DNA of 64,000 nucleotides from an uncultured Gammaproteobacteria bacterium (GTDB lineage Bacteria > Patescibacteriota > Microgenomatia > UBA10105 > UBA927), in assembly GCA_964629685.1 (NCBI GenBank), contig CAZVTT010000001.1, positions 577,319 through 641,318 on the forward strand. The letters run 5' to 3'. Positions within the stretch are counted from its first letter, which is position 1. Each line of letters begins with the position of its first letter. Shown here piece by piece: positions 10,427-21,058 of the stretch. The notes beneath the pieces are model-generated. The model saw only the letters and a program-made list of their open reading frames with translations. It was not told the DNA's origin and made no database searches. Made by a program: the position numbers and the translations under genes.

Positions 10427-12118
10427 ATGTTCAGGCGAATAATACTCTTTAGCCTTTCTATTGCTGTATTCGGATTTTTATTACCACTTAGACCTGTCAA
10501 TGCCGAGCAGATAGAGAACTACGTGGTAAACGCACAGGTACGTACAGACGGTAAGGTAGATATTGTTGAAACAATTACGTATTCATTTGGAAATGAAGAA
10601 AGACATGGTATTTTCCGTACAATTCCTACGCTCAAAGTAAACAAAGAAGGCAAAAAATTTCGTTTAACTTTTGATAATATTTCGGTAGAAGATAATTCCG
10701 GTAAGACATACATGTACACGCGGTCAAATACCGCCAGAGATTTAACATTAAAAATAGGTGATCCTAATCTTTTGATTACCGGAATCCACACATACGTAAT
10801 TTCTTATCAGGTATCCGGTGCCATTACTTACTTTTCCGACCACGATGAGTTTTATTGGAATGTGACTGGGAACGAATGGAACGTTCCTATAGAAAAAATA
10901 CAATTTTCCTTATTGTTTCCACCCGAAGTGAATATGGGTATGGTTCAGGCATATTGTTACACAGGTGAGGCAGGAAGCACGTCTTCCGATTGCAATACAA
11001 GCGTGAATGAAACAGGTACGTCCATTACTTCTGTCGGTCACTTGAACTCATATTCGGGATTAACGGTTTCCGTGAACTTTCCGCGGGATGTCGTAACTGT
11101 CTTAGAACCACAGGAAGTTACGGAGTTTTTTGATACTCCTGTAGGAGCGATGGTTGGGATGTTGATATTTGTGGCTTTGCTCGTAGGGGGATTAATCTGG
11201 TATCTGATACTGCCGTGTTATATTGTATATCTTTGGTGGAAAAACGGTCGTGATCCAAAACCACCTATGGGAGTAGCCCACGCTTGGTTTTCTCCGCCGC
11301 AGGATAAGAAAGGGCGGGCACTTGTTCCCGGTGAAACAGGTGCACTGACTGATGAACAAGTAGATCTACGCGACATTTCGGCGACGATAGTTGATCTTGC
11401 CCGTCGCGGGTATATTACGATTCTCGAGACGGAAAAAAGTCAATTTTCATTTGAAAAAAAACAAGATATACCAAAGAATGATGTGCTATTACCATTTGAA
11501 AAAGAACTGCTAGATGGAATTTTTGCAACAGGCGATGTAATACCTGTTAAAGGAACGGATTTTTCCAAGACCGTATTAGCCGTGAATAAAAAATTATATG
11601 AACAGGTAGTAACGGATGGGTTTTTTGCGCAGAATCCTGAAAAACAGCGGGTCAAATATTACGTTCTCGGAATATTGGCTTTTATGACAGGCAATATACT
11701 CCTTACAATTATCGCGTTTGTATTCGGCCGCTCTATGCCCAAAAAAACGTTATTAGGAGCTCAGCAGGCTTCTATAGGTTTAGCGTTAAGGAATTTTTTG
11801 CGCAGTCAGGATAATTTCTTGACGTTTCAGGCAAAGAATCAGTTATTTTTTGAAAAATTACTTCCGTACGCCGTTGCCTTCGGTGTGGAAAAAATTTGGG
11901 CAGACCGTTTCCGGGATGTGAACATGAAACAGCCCGACTGGTATCGTGGTCAACAAACCAATTTTACGTCGTATGCATTTATTCGGTCACTAGACAGTAG
12001 TTTTACGACGTTTTACCGGTCTGCAACCCCGACATCTTCCTCCAGCGGATTTTCTTCCGGATCATCAGGCGGTTTTTCCGGTGGCGGCGGTGGCGGTGGC
12101 GGTGGTGGAAGCTGGTAA
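10427..12118 (+). CDS. DUF2207-family membrane protein
   Basis: Signal peptide, HGIFRTIP, EFYWNVTG, ATIVDLARRG, LPYAVAFG, Gly/Ser tail ending GGGGSW. Confidence 0.9.
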   Translation: MFRRIILFSLSIAVFGFLLPLRPVNAEQIENYVVNAQVRTDGKVDIVETITYSFGNEERHGIFRTIPTLKVNKEGKKFRLTFDNISVEDNSGKTYMYTRSNTARDLTLKIGDPNLLITGIHTYVISYQVSGAITYFSDHDEFYWNVTGNEWNVPIEKIQFSLLFPPEVNMGMVQAYCYTGEAGSTSSDCNTSVNETGTSITSVGHLNSYSGLTVSVNFPRDVVTVLEPQEVTEFFDTPVGAMVGMLIFVALLVGGLIWYLILPCYIVYLWWKNGRDPKPPMGVAHAWFSPPQDKKGRALVPGETGALTDEQVDLRDISATIVDLARRGYITILETEKSQFSFEKKQDIPKNDVLLPFEKELLDGIFATGDVIPVKGTDFSKTVLAVNKKLYEQVVTDGFFAQNPEKQRVKYYVLGILAFMTGNILLTIIAFVFGRSMPKKTLLGAQQASIGLALRNFLRSQDNFLTFQAKNQLFFEKLLPYAVAFGVEKIWADRFRDVNMKQPDWYRGQQTNFTSYAFIRSLDSSFTTFYRSATPTSSSSGFSSGSSGGFSGGGGGGGGGGSW

Positions 12119-12119
12119 T

Positions 12120-12476
12120 CTATTTGTGAGAGTTGTGCTCTTTTTGTATTGTCTGCCAATGATATACATAGAGCGGTACCCCAACCATTATCATAGCTAT
12201 CGCACCGGAAGCATCACGTTGACGTTGCCTTTGGGATTCTTCCGTTTGATATTTTCTCTGTTCCATCTCTAGTCTTTGTTGTTCTTCGTGGGTAATTCCC
12301 GTTGTTTTTCCGTCCGGTGTTATTGTTGCCGGAGTAAAGTAGCCGTACGTATCAGAACCCGGGAACATATATACCTTCAAACCAAGTTCCACCAATCGGA
12401 CACAGCCAACTACCGTAACGAGTAATCCGACAAAAGCAAAAAGGTAAAGATAAATTAAACGGATTTGAATATTCAT
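12120..12476 (-). CDS. Two-TM membrane protein (DUF5671-like)
   Basis: IRLIYLYLFAFVGL...GVPLYVYHW; SD AAGGAGG before ATG at 12476. Confidence 0.75.
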   Translation of the reverse strand: MNIQIRLIYLYLFAFVGLLVTVVGCVRLVELGLKVYMFPGSDTYGYFTPATITPDGKTTGITHEEQQRLEMEQRKYQTEESQRQRQRDASGAIAMIMVGVPLYVYHWQTIQKEHNSHK

Positions 12477-12559
12477 AGCGCCCTCCTTTAATAGTATAAC
12501 CGAAAGCATATTCAATGTTATTAATTTTTTGCGGACTTTGTTAAAATACACTTTTATCT

Positions 12560-13504
12560 ATGGGCTTTCCGGAAATTCCCGTTATTACCATTAAATATAG
12601 AGGTGAAGTGTCCGTTCCTACTGCAACCAACGTACAGGGCGGTATAGATACAGTACTTTCCACCAGTACTCCTGTACTTGCTGCTGGGAAGCATCGGGTA
12701 TTTCAGGTACCGGCTACCCGACCGCACCATCCTACCGCCGAGCATATGGTGTATTGGATTGATTCGCGCAAGCCTGACACCAAGCCTAATAGTTGGCACG
12801 AGCGTTCATGGGAAGACGCAGTAGCTGATTCAGAATTCATGACGGAGTTAGAAAATTACTTCCGTGGATTGCAAGCAAACGATCCGAAGTTGTCCATTTA
12901 TTCGTTCATGGGATTTGTGGCACCGGGTACTGCTGTTGATACCGCTTTTGTCTATGATTTTGGACTTCAGTCCCAGGCTCGATGGCATTGGCATGCTACA
13001 TATCGAATAGACAGAAATGTACAGCACTCCAGAATTTTATCTGTTGATGACGAACGGGATCGGCGTCGAATTGCCGGTGTTTTAAATTTGGCTGGGGAGG
13101 CGAGTATCAAACAATTCGGTTCACAGCTGGAATCGTTCGGTGAACGACTAATCTATAAACAACATATAGGTATTGCGGAAGCATTAGAGGTTTCAAGAAC
13201 TATCTTTGGGTTTTCTACATTAGAAACTGCCGTTAGTTCGGCTCTCTCATTGCAATCTATGGTTAAACAAGATTGGCTCGAACATGCATATCAGTTAGCC
13301 GGCGAGACTACTAGTTTATCTCACGTACTGCTTTCACATATGCAAAGTTATGTTCCGAACATGACTATCATTTTACCCTCTCTTGCTGATAGGGAAACGG
13401 GCAATGTGAATTCTCAGAATCAATTCTGGGTTGTGCCATTCTCAATTTCCGGTGCGCAAAGTATGTTGGCGCCAGGTGGTGCATATTTACTGCCATCACC
13501 GTAA
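12560..13504 (+). CDS. Hypothetical protein, possible divergent HIT-fold nucleotide hydrolase
   Basis: 314-aa ORF with PHHPTAEHMV and GLQSQARWHWHA. Confidence 0.6.
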   Translation: MGFPEIPVITIKYRGEVSVPTATNVQGGIDTVLSTSTPVLAAGKHRVFQVPATRPHHPTAEHMVYWIDSRKPDTKPNSWHERSWEDAVADSEFMTELENYFRGLQANDPKLSIYSFMGFVAPGTAVDTAFVYDFGLQSQARWHWHATYRIDRNVQHSRILSVDDERDRRRIAGVLNLAGEASIKQFGSQLESFGERLIYKQHIGIAEALEVSRTIFGFSTLETAVSSALSLQSMVKQDWLEHAYQLAGETTSLSHVLLSHMQSYVPNMTIILPSLADRETGNVNSQNQFWVVPFSISGAQSMLAPGGAYLLPSP

Positions 13505-13523
13505 GGCAAGGACGGCTGGAAAA

Positions 13524-14081
13524 TTATTTTTGGCCGAATTCGAATACTGCAAAGTATCCATGAATGCTGCCGCATCCCCGATTGAATGCAGCATTCAACA
13601 TAGCTTCCCTATGCCCCTGGTTAGAAGTTCCCCAACTGGTATTTACAATATCTCCTGCAGTCCAGGCAGTGGAAGCGGTATGGATAATCTCCCCCCAAGC
13701 TTTAAAGCGGTTAGATATTTCTCCGACATACTGTTGGTATCCCTGATGTTGGTCTAATTTCCCCAGACCTGCTAACTCCCGAGTTCTCGCGATAGCCACT
13801 TTACATAAATAATCATCGGATAATAGTGGAGATAATTGTTGCGTGGTCCTGAATGTATTAACTGAACGTAATAAATCCCCTGATCCGGTTTGGGTTACGG
13901 GTGAAGGAATTGGTTTAGGCTTAGGCTTTGGTGTTGGAGTGACAGTAGGAGTGTTTGTTGGAGTATTCGTAGGTGGTGTGGTTGGCAAAGGAGCTGATAT
14001 TGCGGAAACAGGTAAAGTTTCCGTAGGAAAAAATTGTTTTGTTATGAGATTCCAGAGCACTACCAGAATTGCCGCATTCAT
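13524..14081 (-). CDS. CAP/SCP-domain protein with PT-rich linker
   Basis: VNTFR, WGEII, GHREAML, FNRGC. Confidence 0.85.
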   Translation of the reverse strand: MNAAILVVLWNLITKQFFPTETLPVSAISAPLPTTPPTNTPTNTPTVTPTPKPKPKPIPSPVTQTGSGDLLRSVNTFRTTQQLSPLLSDDYLCKVAIARTRELAGLGKLDQHQGYQQYVGEISNRFKAWGEIIHTASTAWTAGDIVNTSWGTSNQGHREAMLNAAFNRGCGSIHGYFAVFEFGQK

Positions 14082-14116
14082 GAACTATCGGTGGGGCAGA
14101 ATCAACCTGGGGGCAG

Positions 14117-14692
14117 TTACCGAATATATTGACGGAAGAAATCCAGATACCGTGTATAAAAAGTATACACAAGATACCCATTGAGTACCATAAGCATAGG
14201 GAAAATAATTGTCTTTTCTACCATGCCTCCTGTTTTTACCCGTAGTCGTTTAATTGGAGGTATTCCGAATTTCCATGGCAAAGGAAACAGTAACGGTTCA
14301 CCCTCAATGGTTAATAGATCGATAACTATGTGAGACACGAAACCGGACATGAATGCCCACCAAACGATATCCATGTCTACGAGAACAATACCTGATACTT
14401 TTGTCAGTACCCATTCCGTCAGCCAACCAGTTATATAAATTCCGACAAATGAATGGGAGATCATTCTATGACTTCCGAGTATGGGAGTAATCAGTCTACC
14501 TATAATATTACCGGCAGGGAGTCTGCGCCATAAATCAGCCGTTGGTTGATCTATATCCGGAGTCAGTCCGCCAATGAATGTTGCCCCCAACGCAGTAACG
14601 AGCGTTGCGAGTGTCATGGTCGGAATCGGCTGTGTTACGAATAATAAATTTATTGCCGTAAACGCGGCTAAGTCATGTGTTCTGCCTGTCAT
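14117..14692 (-). CDS. YdjM/DUF457 metal-dependent membrane hydrolase
   Basis: MTGRTH, PDID, HRMISHS, SHIVIDLLT. Confidence 0.9.
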   Translation of the reverse strand: MTGRTHDLAAFTAINLLFVTQPIPTMTLATLVTALGATFIGGLTPDIDQPTADLWRRLPAGNIIGRLITPILGSHRMISHSFVGIYITGWLTEWVLTKVSGIVLVDMDIVWWAFMSGFVSHIVIDLLTIEGEPLLFPLPWKFGIPPIKRLRVKTGGMVEKTIIFPMLMVLNGYLVYTFYTRYLDFFRQYIR

Positions 14693-14727
14693 AGCCTTCA
14701 GCCTATCACATTCGCTATACTCGTGTC

Positions 14728-15453
14728 ATGAATTACGCAAATGATGTGCTCCGTGAGTTAGCGAAACATAAGAACGCGGTTAAAGCAAAAAATTCATCGT
14801 GGTTTTTTAAATGTGCACCCGGAGAGTATGGCGAGGGTGATATATTTTGGGGTATCGCCGTTTCAATACAGCGGTCAATAGCAACACGGTATAAAGAAAT
14901 ACCGCTTACAGCAATTCATCGGTTACTTTCCAGTCCTGTTCATGAAGTTCGGCTTACGGCAGTATTTATACTCGTTATACAATACCGGAAAAGTAATCTA
15001 TTGAAGAAAAAAGAGTATGTAGATTTTTATTTAGACCACCTGAGATATATAAATAATTGGGATTTGGTAGATTCGTCGGCAGCATCTATTTTGGGTGATT
15101 ATTTAACGGATAAGCCAAAAGAAATATTACAAACGCTGGCGAGATCCTCCGTGGTTTGGGATAGAAGAATTGCCATGCTTTCAACGTTTGCGTGTATTAA
15201 ACGACGTGATTATGTGGATGCGCTAAACATCGCGGAAATATTGTTACAAGATAACCATGATTTGATTCAGAAAGCAGTAGGATGGATGCTTCGGGAGATA
15301 GGAAATAGAGATTACATCACTGAAGTAAATTTTTTGGATTCGTATGCAGCTACTATACCAAGGACTACGTTACGGTATGCAATTGAAAAATTACCTCGAT
15401 CTATCAGGGAAAAGTACTTGTTAGTTAAACGTATACGTAGGGAAGTCAGATAG
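14728..15453 (+). CDS. AlkD-like DNA alkylation repair protein
   Basis: GEYGEGD, INNWDLVD, IQKAVGWMLRE, RTTLRYAIE. Confidence 0.92.
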   Translation: MNYANDVLRELAKHKNAVKAKNSSWFFKCAPGEYGEGDIFWGIAVSIQRSIATRYKEIPLTAIHRLLSSPVHEVRLTAVFILVIQYRKSNLLKKKEYVDFYLDHLRYINNWDLVDSSAASILGDYLTDKPKEILQTLARSSVVWDRRIAMLSTFACIKRRDYVDALNIAEILLQDNHDLIQKAVGWMLREIGNRDYITEVNFLDSYAATIPRTTLRYAIEKLPRSIREKYLLVKRIRREVR

Positions 15454-15545
15454 TACTAGAGTATTTTACTGGGGAATGGGCAGACTATTTAAATACGGGG
15501 TATAATACCGTATTCAAGAGTGGCTGAATATATTTGAGTGGCTGT

Positions 15546-16373
15546 ATGAAATCCAGTTCCGGGAAACGCTATCAACGGTTAAACGTACAGAAAAGAAAAT
15601 CATCTTTTAAAGGTGCGGTTTCACCTGTTTATACCTCCTGGCACCAAGTAGGTGACTGGTACAATAATTTAGTCGGATCAAAGGGTCAATACTACCATAA
15701 TCACGTAGTGTTACCCGGAGTTATAAGGTTGTTGCATTTGGATAGTCAGGACAGTCTGCTGGATATTGGTTGTGGGCAAGGAGTATTGGCTAGACATATT
15801 CAGAAAAGTGTATTGTATACCGGTGTAGATGCCGCTCCATCGTTGATAGCTTCCGCAAAACAGTATGATAGGAGTCAGACACACGAATACTTTGTCGCAG
15901 ACGCGACTAAGCCTTTACCGTTAAAGCCGCAAATATTTACCCATGTAGCTATTGTGTTATCGATGCAGAATATTGAATTTCCGGATCGCGTAATGGAATC
16001 TATCAGACCCTTCGTTACCCGCGGAACAGTCGTAGTACTGGTGTTAAATCATCCTGGTTTTCGCATCCCCAGACAAAGTAGTTGGGGAATTGATGAAGAA
16101 AATAAATTGCAGTATAGGAAAATAAACAGATATATGACCCCGCAAAAAATTCCGATTACCATGCACCCCGGATCAGGATCATCAGCAATGACATGGTCTT
16201 TTCATCAACCGATTTCCTACTATGTTACTTTGTTTACGTCCAGAAATTACATGTTGTCGGCGATGGAAGAATGGGTTTCGGATAAGGAAAGCGTCGGTGG
16301 TGCAGCCCGAATGGAAAATAGAGCCCGGAGTGAATTCCCTTTGTTTTTGGCAATGAAATTTATTTGTCGGTAA
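15546..16373 (+). CDS. Class I SAM-dependent methyltransferase
   Basis: LLDIGCGQG, NHPGFRIPRQSSW. Confidence 0.88.
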   Translation: MKSSSGKRYQRLNVQKRKSSFKGAVSPVYTSWHQVGDWYNNLVGSKGQYYHNHVVLPGVIRLLHLDSQDSLLDIGCGQGVLARHIQKSVLYTGVDAAPSLIASAKQYDRSQTHEYFVADATKPLPLKPQIFTHVAIVLSMQNIEFPDRVMESIRPFVTRGTVVVLVLNHPGFRIPRQSSWGIDEENKLQYRKINRYMTPQKIPITMHPGSGSSAMTWSFHQPISYYVTLFTSRNYMLSAMEEWVSDKESVGGAARMENRARSEFPLFLAMKFICR

Positions 16374-16481
16374 TACGTTTATACCTCTTCTCATATCGTT
16401 TATCCGCTGTTTTACCGTATATAAAATATATTAGAAAGTTCCCTCTGGACAACATCGGAAAAAGGAGTACGATGAGAATGT

Positions 16482-17666
16482 ATGTTTTGCCTGTCATCAA
16501 AACGACGGGGTTCTCTTTTATTTTTAATTTTCTTCTTTTCTTTTTCCTTGCTTAGCAGTGTTCCTGCAGTAAGCGCTAAGGGCGATTCCCAATTAGAAAA
16601 CGTTGTTGTAATGGCCAAAACTGAAACAGTAAATCATGACTACTTTGGAGCAGGCGACACGGTAACTATTTCCGGTGTTGTGAACGGCGATGCGTATGTT
16701 GCCGGACGCAGTGTGATTATAGAGGGGACGATTAACGGAGATCTGCTTGCTGCCGGCGGACAGATTACTATTCGGGGTACAGTGTCGCAAAATGTACGGG
16801 CTGCAGCGGGTGAAATTGTAGTGTCCGGCTCGGTTGGGAGAAATATAACTGCCGCTGCCGGCACCTTTACGATTTCTGATGGAGCGACCGTTCTCGGTAA
16901 TGTTGTTGCTGGTGCCGGTAATATATCACTGCTGGCTCCGATTCTAAAAGATGTCACGGTAGGGGCCGGTACGGCAATGGTAGGTACTGCAATCGGCGGA
17001 AATTTAACGGCCGGTGTGAACTCGTTAGTATTAACACCGAGTGCTAGTATCGGTGGAACCCTTCAGTATTGGAGTGACGAACAGGCACAAATTGCGACAG
17101 GCGCTACGGTAAGCGGCGGGATAGTTCAGAAAACAATTCCGAAAGATCCCGCGCCTAGTACCAGCGAGATAGCTGAAAATAAATCCGCTCAGACGGCCAT
17201 GAAAGCATTTGGGTTTCTTTCCGCAATGTTGGTGGGAGTATTAATATTGGGTATTTTCCCGGCTTTCTCTCACAGAACCGCACAGACTATTATTGAGCGA
17301 CCGCTGCAGAGTTTAGGATTAGGTTTTGTTTTATTGATCGGTATTCCGGCAATGTGCGTATTTCTAATGGTTACGGTAATAGGAATTCCGTTGGCGTTAA
17401 TCGTCTTTGCGTTATACCTAAAATCGTTGTACCTTACAAAAATATTTGTTTCCTTAACTCTTGGCTTATTTCTGCTCCGTCAATTCGATAAAAAATGGCA
17501 TATAGTTTGGACTTTTATTATTGGATTAATGGTGTTTACCATGTTAACCTGGGTACCATTTTTGGGTGGTCTGGTTTCATTTGTTTCCCTACTTTTGGGA
17601 TTGGGTAGCTTTGTTCTTGAAGAGCACAAAACTATCGTTTCGCTTCGTAAAAAAGAGATTTTATAA
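16482..17666 (+). CDS. Bactofilin-like beta-helix protein with C-terminal multi-TM domain
   Basis: Repeated G-x-V-x-GD/N-x-x-AAG units followed by about 5 TM helices. Confidence 0.8.
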   Translation: MFCLSSKRRGSLLFLIFFFSFSLLSSVPAVSAKGDSQLENVVVMAKTETVNHDYFGAGDTVTISGVVNGDAYVAGRSVIIEGTINGDLLAAGGQITIRGTVSQNVRAAAGEIVVSGSVGRNITAAAGTFTISDGATVLGNVVAGAGNISLLAPILKDVTVGAGTAMVGTAIGGNLTAGVNSLVLTPSASIGGTLQYWSDEQAQIATGATVSGGIVQKTIPKDPAPSTSEIAENKSAQTAMKAFGFLSAMLVGVLILGIFPAFSHRTAQTIIERPLQSLGLGFVLLIGIPAMCVFLMVTVIGIPLALIVFALYLKSLYLTKIFVSLTLGLFLLRQFDKKWHIVWTFIIGLMVFTMLTWVPFLGGLVSFVSLLLGLGSFVLEEHKTIVSLRKKEIL

Positions 17667-17718
17667 TTCCTCACTTTTCCGCCAAAATATTTGATTTCTG
17701 TGCTATACTGGCCTCAAT

Positions 17719-18876
17719 ATGAATACAACAACTCTTTCCCGTCTGACGGCATTTCTGGAACCTGTTTCGTCTGTTCAAACAACTCATCCTGAAACGACCG
17801 TCGGGGCAGCCCTACTGCTGGCAAAGTCAACACATGACGCAGTATTTGTATACGAGGATGAATTATTTCTGGGTTTAATTTCTCCGTCGGAAGTTGTATA
17901 TCACAATAAATACCCACACACGACAAAGGTTAGAGATGGCTTGCTTCATGCACCTCATCTGCACGAGCAGTCAACTGTTTTTGACGCATTAGGATACATG
18001 ATGGCGCTTAGGGTATACGTGTTACCCGTATTAGGGGAGAATAAAAAAGTGGTCGGAGTAGTCCGTGCGCGCAATATTATTGCGGGTGTATGCAAAGATC
18101 CTGAAGTATTACGGGAAATTGCAGCTCAGATAAGAGTGCGTCAGCCGTTAACTATTGATAAAAACTCGCTTGTAAAAGATGCGTATGCAAAATTAAAAAT
18201 AGAAAAAGTGGCACGATTAATCGTGGTAGACGCGATGTTAAAAGTCGTTGGTATTATTAGTCGTGCTGATCTGGCTACCGCATTTATGGATTCCGGATCT
18301 AAGCAGCGATTCTCAGGCCGAAAAGGGAAAGCCAGTTCGGTAACATCGTTTAATGAAGAGAAAATAAAGAAAACAGACGCACCTGTTGGAAATTTTTCAA
18401 GCAGCCTGGTGTTTACGGTACCGTTCAAAACGTCAAACGAAAAAGTAATTCAGCAACTTCTGGCACAGGAGTTTAATTGTGTGGTGCTTATTGATGATGA
18501 TCAAAAGCCTCAGGGATTTTTATCCTTGCGCGATATCCTGGGAGCAGTGCATGCCTTAGAACAAGGTCGGGAAATATCCATAGTGATAACGAAGCATGAA
18601 TCGATAACGGATGCACAGTCTTACGAAGTCGAAACGCTGGTGCGCAGATTCGGAGAAAAATTTGCAAAAAGATTGTCATTCGATTATTTAAGAGTCGCTA
18701 TCGGTGAACAGAAATCAAATAGCGGTAAGGCGTTAGGATACCTGATTACGTTTTCCATTAAAGGTATGAGTGGAGATGATATTGTTGCTCACGCCGAGCA
18801 TAAGCAGCTGGACACTGCTACCCGTCAGGCGTTGGAAAAAGCTGAACGTCAGTTGGGAAAAACAAAATCAAAATAG
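17719..18876 (+). CDS. Four-CBS-domain protein with C-terminal HPF/RaiA-like domain
   Basis: CBS motifs (LPVL...VVGVV, LIVVD...VVGIISRADL, VVLID...GFLSLRDI); C-terminus ...IVAHAEHKQLDTATRQALEKAERQL. Confidence 0.8.
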   Translation: MNTTTLSRLTAFLEPVSSVQTTHPETTVGAALLLAKSTHDAVFVYEDELFLGLISPSEVVYHNKYPHTTKVRDGLLHAPHLHEQSTVFDALGYMMALRVYVLPVLGENKKVVGVVRARNIIAGVCKDPEVLREIAAQIRVRQPLTIDKNSLVKDAYAKLKIEKVARLIVVDAMLKVVGIISRADLATAFMDSGSKQRFSGRKGKASSVTSFNEEKIKKTDAPVGNFSSSLVFTVPFKTSNEKVIQQLLAQEFNCVVLIDDDQKPQGFLSLRDILGAVHALEQGREISIVITKHESITDAQSYEVETLVRRFGEKFAKRLSFDYLRVAIGEQKSNSGKALGYLITFSIKGMSGDDIVAHAEHKQLDTATRQALEKAERQLGKTKSK

Positions 18877-18933
18877 TCGCTTTGTACGCGATTTAACTTA
18901 CTTGTCTTGTTATTTTTTATACTGTGAAGACGT

Positions 18934-19650
18934 ATGTCTTTACAGACTAAAAGCATAAAACGCGGATTCACTATTACTGCGTTGCCTCCCAAAGAACGTC
19001 CACGGGAACGGTTATTTGTTTATGGGCCGGCCGTACTCTCCGCAACAGAACTGGTTGCTGTAGTACTTAGTCGGGGAATTGCAGGTGAGTCCGTATTAAT
19101 TACAGCACGAAAGTTATTGGAGCGTTTTGGATCTCTCGAAGGGTTGTCCCAAGCATCAGTCGAAGATATTCGTATCCAAAAAGGGCTTGGAACGGCAAAG
19201 ACCGCTCAGATTCTAGCCTGCATGGAAATCGGGAGGCGGGTTTCCAATGCTATCGCGGTTGGTAAAACGGCAACCGCGGTTAAATCAGCAGAGGATGTAG
19301 CGGTGTATGTTCGGCCGATTATTATGCAATTTTCCAAAGAGCATTGTGTTTTAGTTTCATTGGATAGTAGAAAACATGTAATTGCCGTAGATACGGTATC
19401 GGTTGGTACGTTAACTGCCAGCCTGGTTCATCCCAGGGAAATATTTGAAACGGCGATCCGGCGACATGCGGCAAGTGTGGTCCTGGCACATAATCATCCC
19501 TCCGGTGATCCAACTCCCTCAAGAGCAGATATGGAAGTAACCCGTACCCTGAGGCAGGCTGGGAAAATATTGGATATAGAACTTGTAGATCATGTTATTG
19601 TTACCAAGAATCAGGCTGTTAGTCTGCGGGCACTGGGAATAATAAATTAA
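18934..19650 (+). CDS. radC: Full-length RadC (JAB domain)
   Basis: ERPRERL, VHPREIF, AHNHPSGD, DHVI. Confidence 0.95.
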   Translation: MSLQTKSIKRGFTITALPPKERPRERLFVYGPAVLSATELVAVVLSRGIAGESVLITARKLLERFGSLEGLSQASVEDIRIQKGLGTAKTAQILACMEIGRRVSNAIAVGKTATAVKSAEDVAVYVRPIIMQFSKEHCVLVSLDSRKHVIAVDTVSVGTLTASLVHPREIFETAIRRHAASVVLAHNHPSGDPTPSRADMEVTRTLRQAGKILDIELVDHVIVTKNQAVSLRALGIIN

Positions 19651-19717
19651 GTATGAAAGAAACCTTCTAGATGACGTCCTACCCGGTATATAGGTATAAT
19701 CGTCATACGTCATCTGT

Positions 19718-20980
19718 ATGTCTGTCTCTGAAAAACATATCCATTCAAAGTTCGCTCACACCGGTAAAAGAGTTGATCCGGATGATCGCAATACAAAATC
19801 TGTGCGGACTTTCCGGTCGGGGAAACCGGTTCCCTGGATTGGTTTTATTCTTGGTGCATTACTTCTGGTATCAGGCCTGGCTGCATTATTCTTTTTTAGT
19901 CAAACGGTAAATATAGTTAGCCCTATTGTTCAGAAACCAGGGGAAACTCCGACGCCGACTCCGGATCCTCTCGCGCCAAAAAATTTTTTGATTATGGGAT
20001 ATGGCGGAGGCAAACACGAAGGTGGTAGATTAACCGATACGATTATAGTTGTCCGTTTGATTCCCAAACTGAAAAAGGCGGTATTGATTACGATACCGCG
20101 CGATCTGTGGGTTTCGCTTCCTATAACGGATTCCGGATTAACACCGTATAAAATTAATGCAGCTTTCGCTATTGGGAGCGATGACCGTAATTACCCGAAT
20201 AAGCCATCAGAGTATACCGGTACTCACTCGGGTGGAAAAATGGCAAAATTTGTATTAGGTGAAGTTTTGGGTATGCCGATCGATTATTATGTGGCTATTA
20301 GTTTTGCCGGGTTTAAAAAAGCCATCAGTACACTGGGAGACTTAGAAATTGATGTTCCGTATACATTTACGGATGCGTATTACCCCGTTGAAGGAAAAGA
20401 AACCGAATCCTGTGATCGGACTCCGGAAGATATTTCTCAACTTACGGCAACAATGTCGGGTTTTGAGTTGGAAAAGCAATTCGGCTGCCGGTTTGAATCA
20501 ATTACTTTCACCAGGGGAAAACAGTTAATGGATGCCGATACGGCGTTAAAATTCGTTAGATCCAGACATTCCGGCACGGATGGCGGTGATTTCGGAAGGT
20601 CTCAACGGCAAGCCGCACTTATTAAAGCCTTTAGAAATAAAGTACTTTCGGTTGATGCGGTTCCAAAGTTAATTCCCTTGCTTAAAGATGTGAGTGAGAT
20701 CGTTGAAACTGACATTACCGCCGGTGACATGGCCAGATTTATTCAACTGTATAGTGATTATTCTACATACAAAGTCATAACTGTAAGTTTGACTGACCAA
20801 AATGTACTGGGTCAATCCACAGGTCCCGCAGGGCAATACATATTGATTCCTAAAGCAGGTGATGGAAATTGGCAGGAATTACGGGATTTTATTCAACGGG
20901 GTATAGATGAAATTAGTCCCACTTCCACCCCGACAGCGACTCCGTCCGGGATCAGAAAGTCAACGATTCAACTCAAGTAG
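19718..20980 (+). CDS. LCP (LytR-CpsA-Psr) family protein
   Basis: TM helix, LTDTII, IPRDLWV, KINAA, FVRSRH, DFGRSQRQ. Confidence 0.93.
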   Translation: MSVSEKHIHSKFAHTGKRVDPDDRNTKSVRTFRSGKPVPWIGFILGALLLVSGLAALFFFSQTVNIVSPIVQKPGETPTPTPDPLAPKNFLIMGYGGGKHEGGRLTDTIIVVRLIPKLKKAVLITIPRDLWVSLPITDSGLTPYKINAAFAIGSDDRNYPNKPSEYTGTHSGGKMAKFVLGEVLGMPIDYYVAISFAGFKKAISTLGDLEIDVPYTFTDAYYPVEGKETESCDRTPEDISQLTATMSGFELEKQFGCRFESITFTRGKQLMDADTALKFVRSRHSGTDGGDFGRSQRQAALIKAFRNKVLSVDAVPKLIPLLKDVSEIVETDITAGDMARFIQLYSDYSTYKVITVSLTDQNVLGQSTGPAGQYILIPKAGDGNWQELRDFIQRGIDEISPTSTPTATPSGIRKSTIQLK

Positions 20981-21058
20981 TCGGTTAACGTAAGGAAGAA
21001 TAATAACCTATAATATGATATACTATGATGTTCGTTTGTACCTACAAGCGAAAATAGT

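Noticed and set aside
18934-19650. radC as a marker of a mobile element
   Set aside because: It is the full-length chromosomal type among housekeeping genes, with no integrase or conjugation genes nearby.
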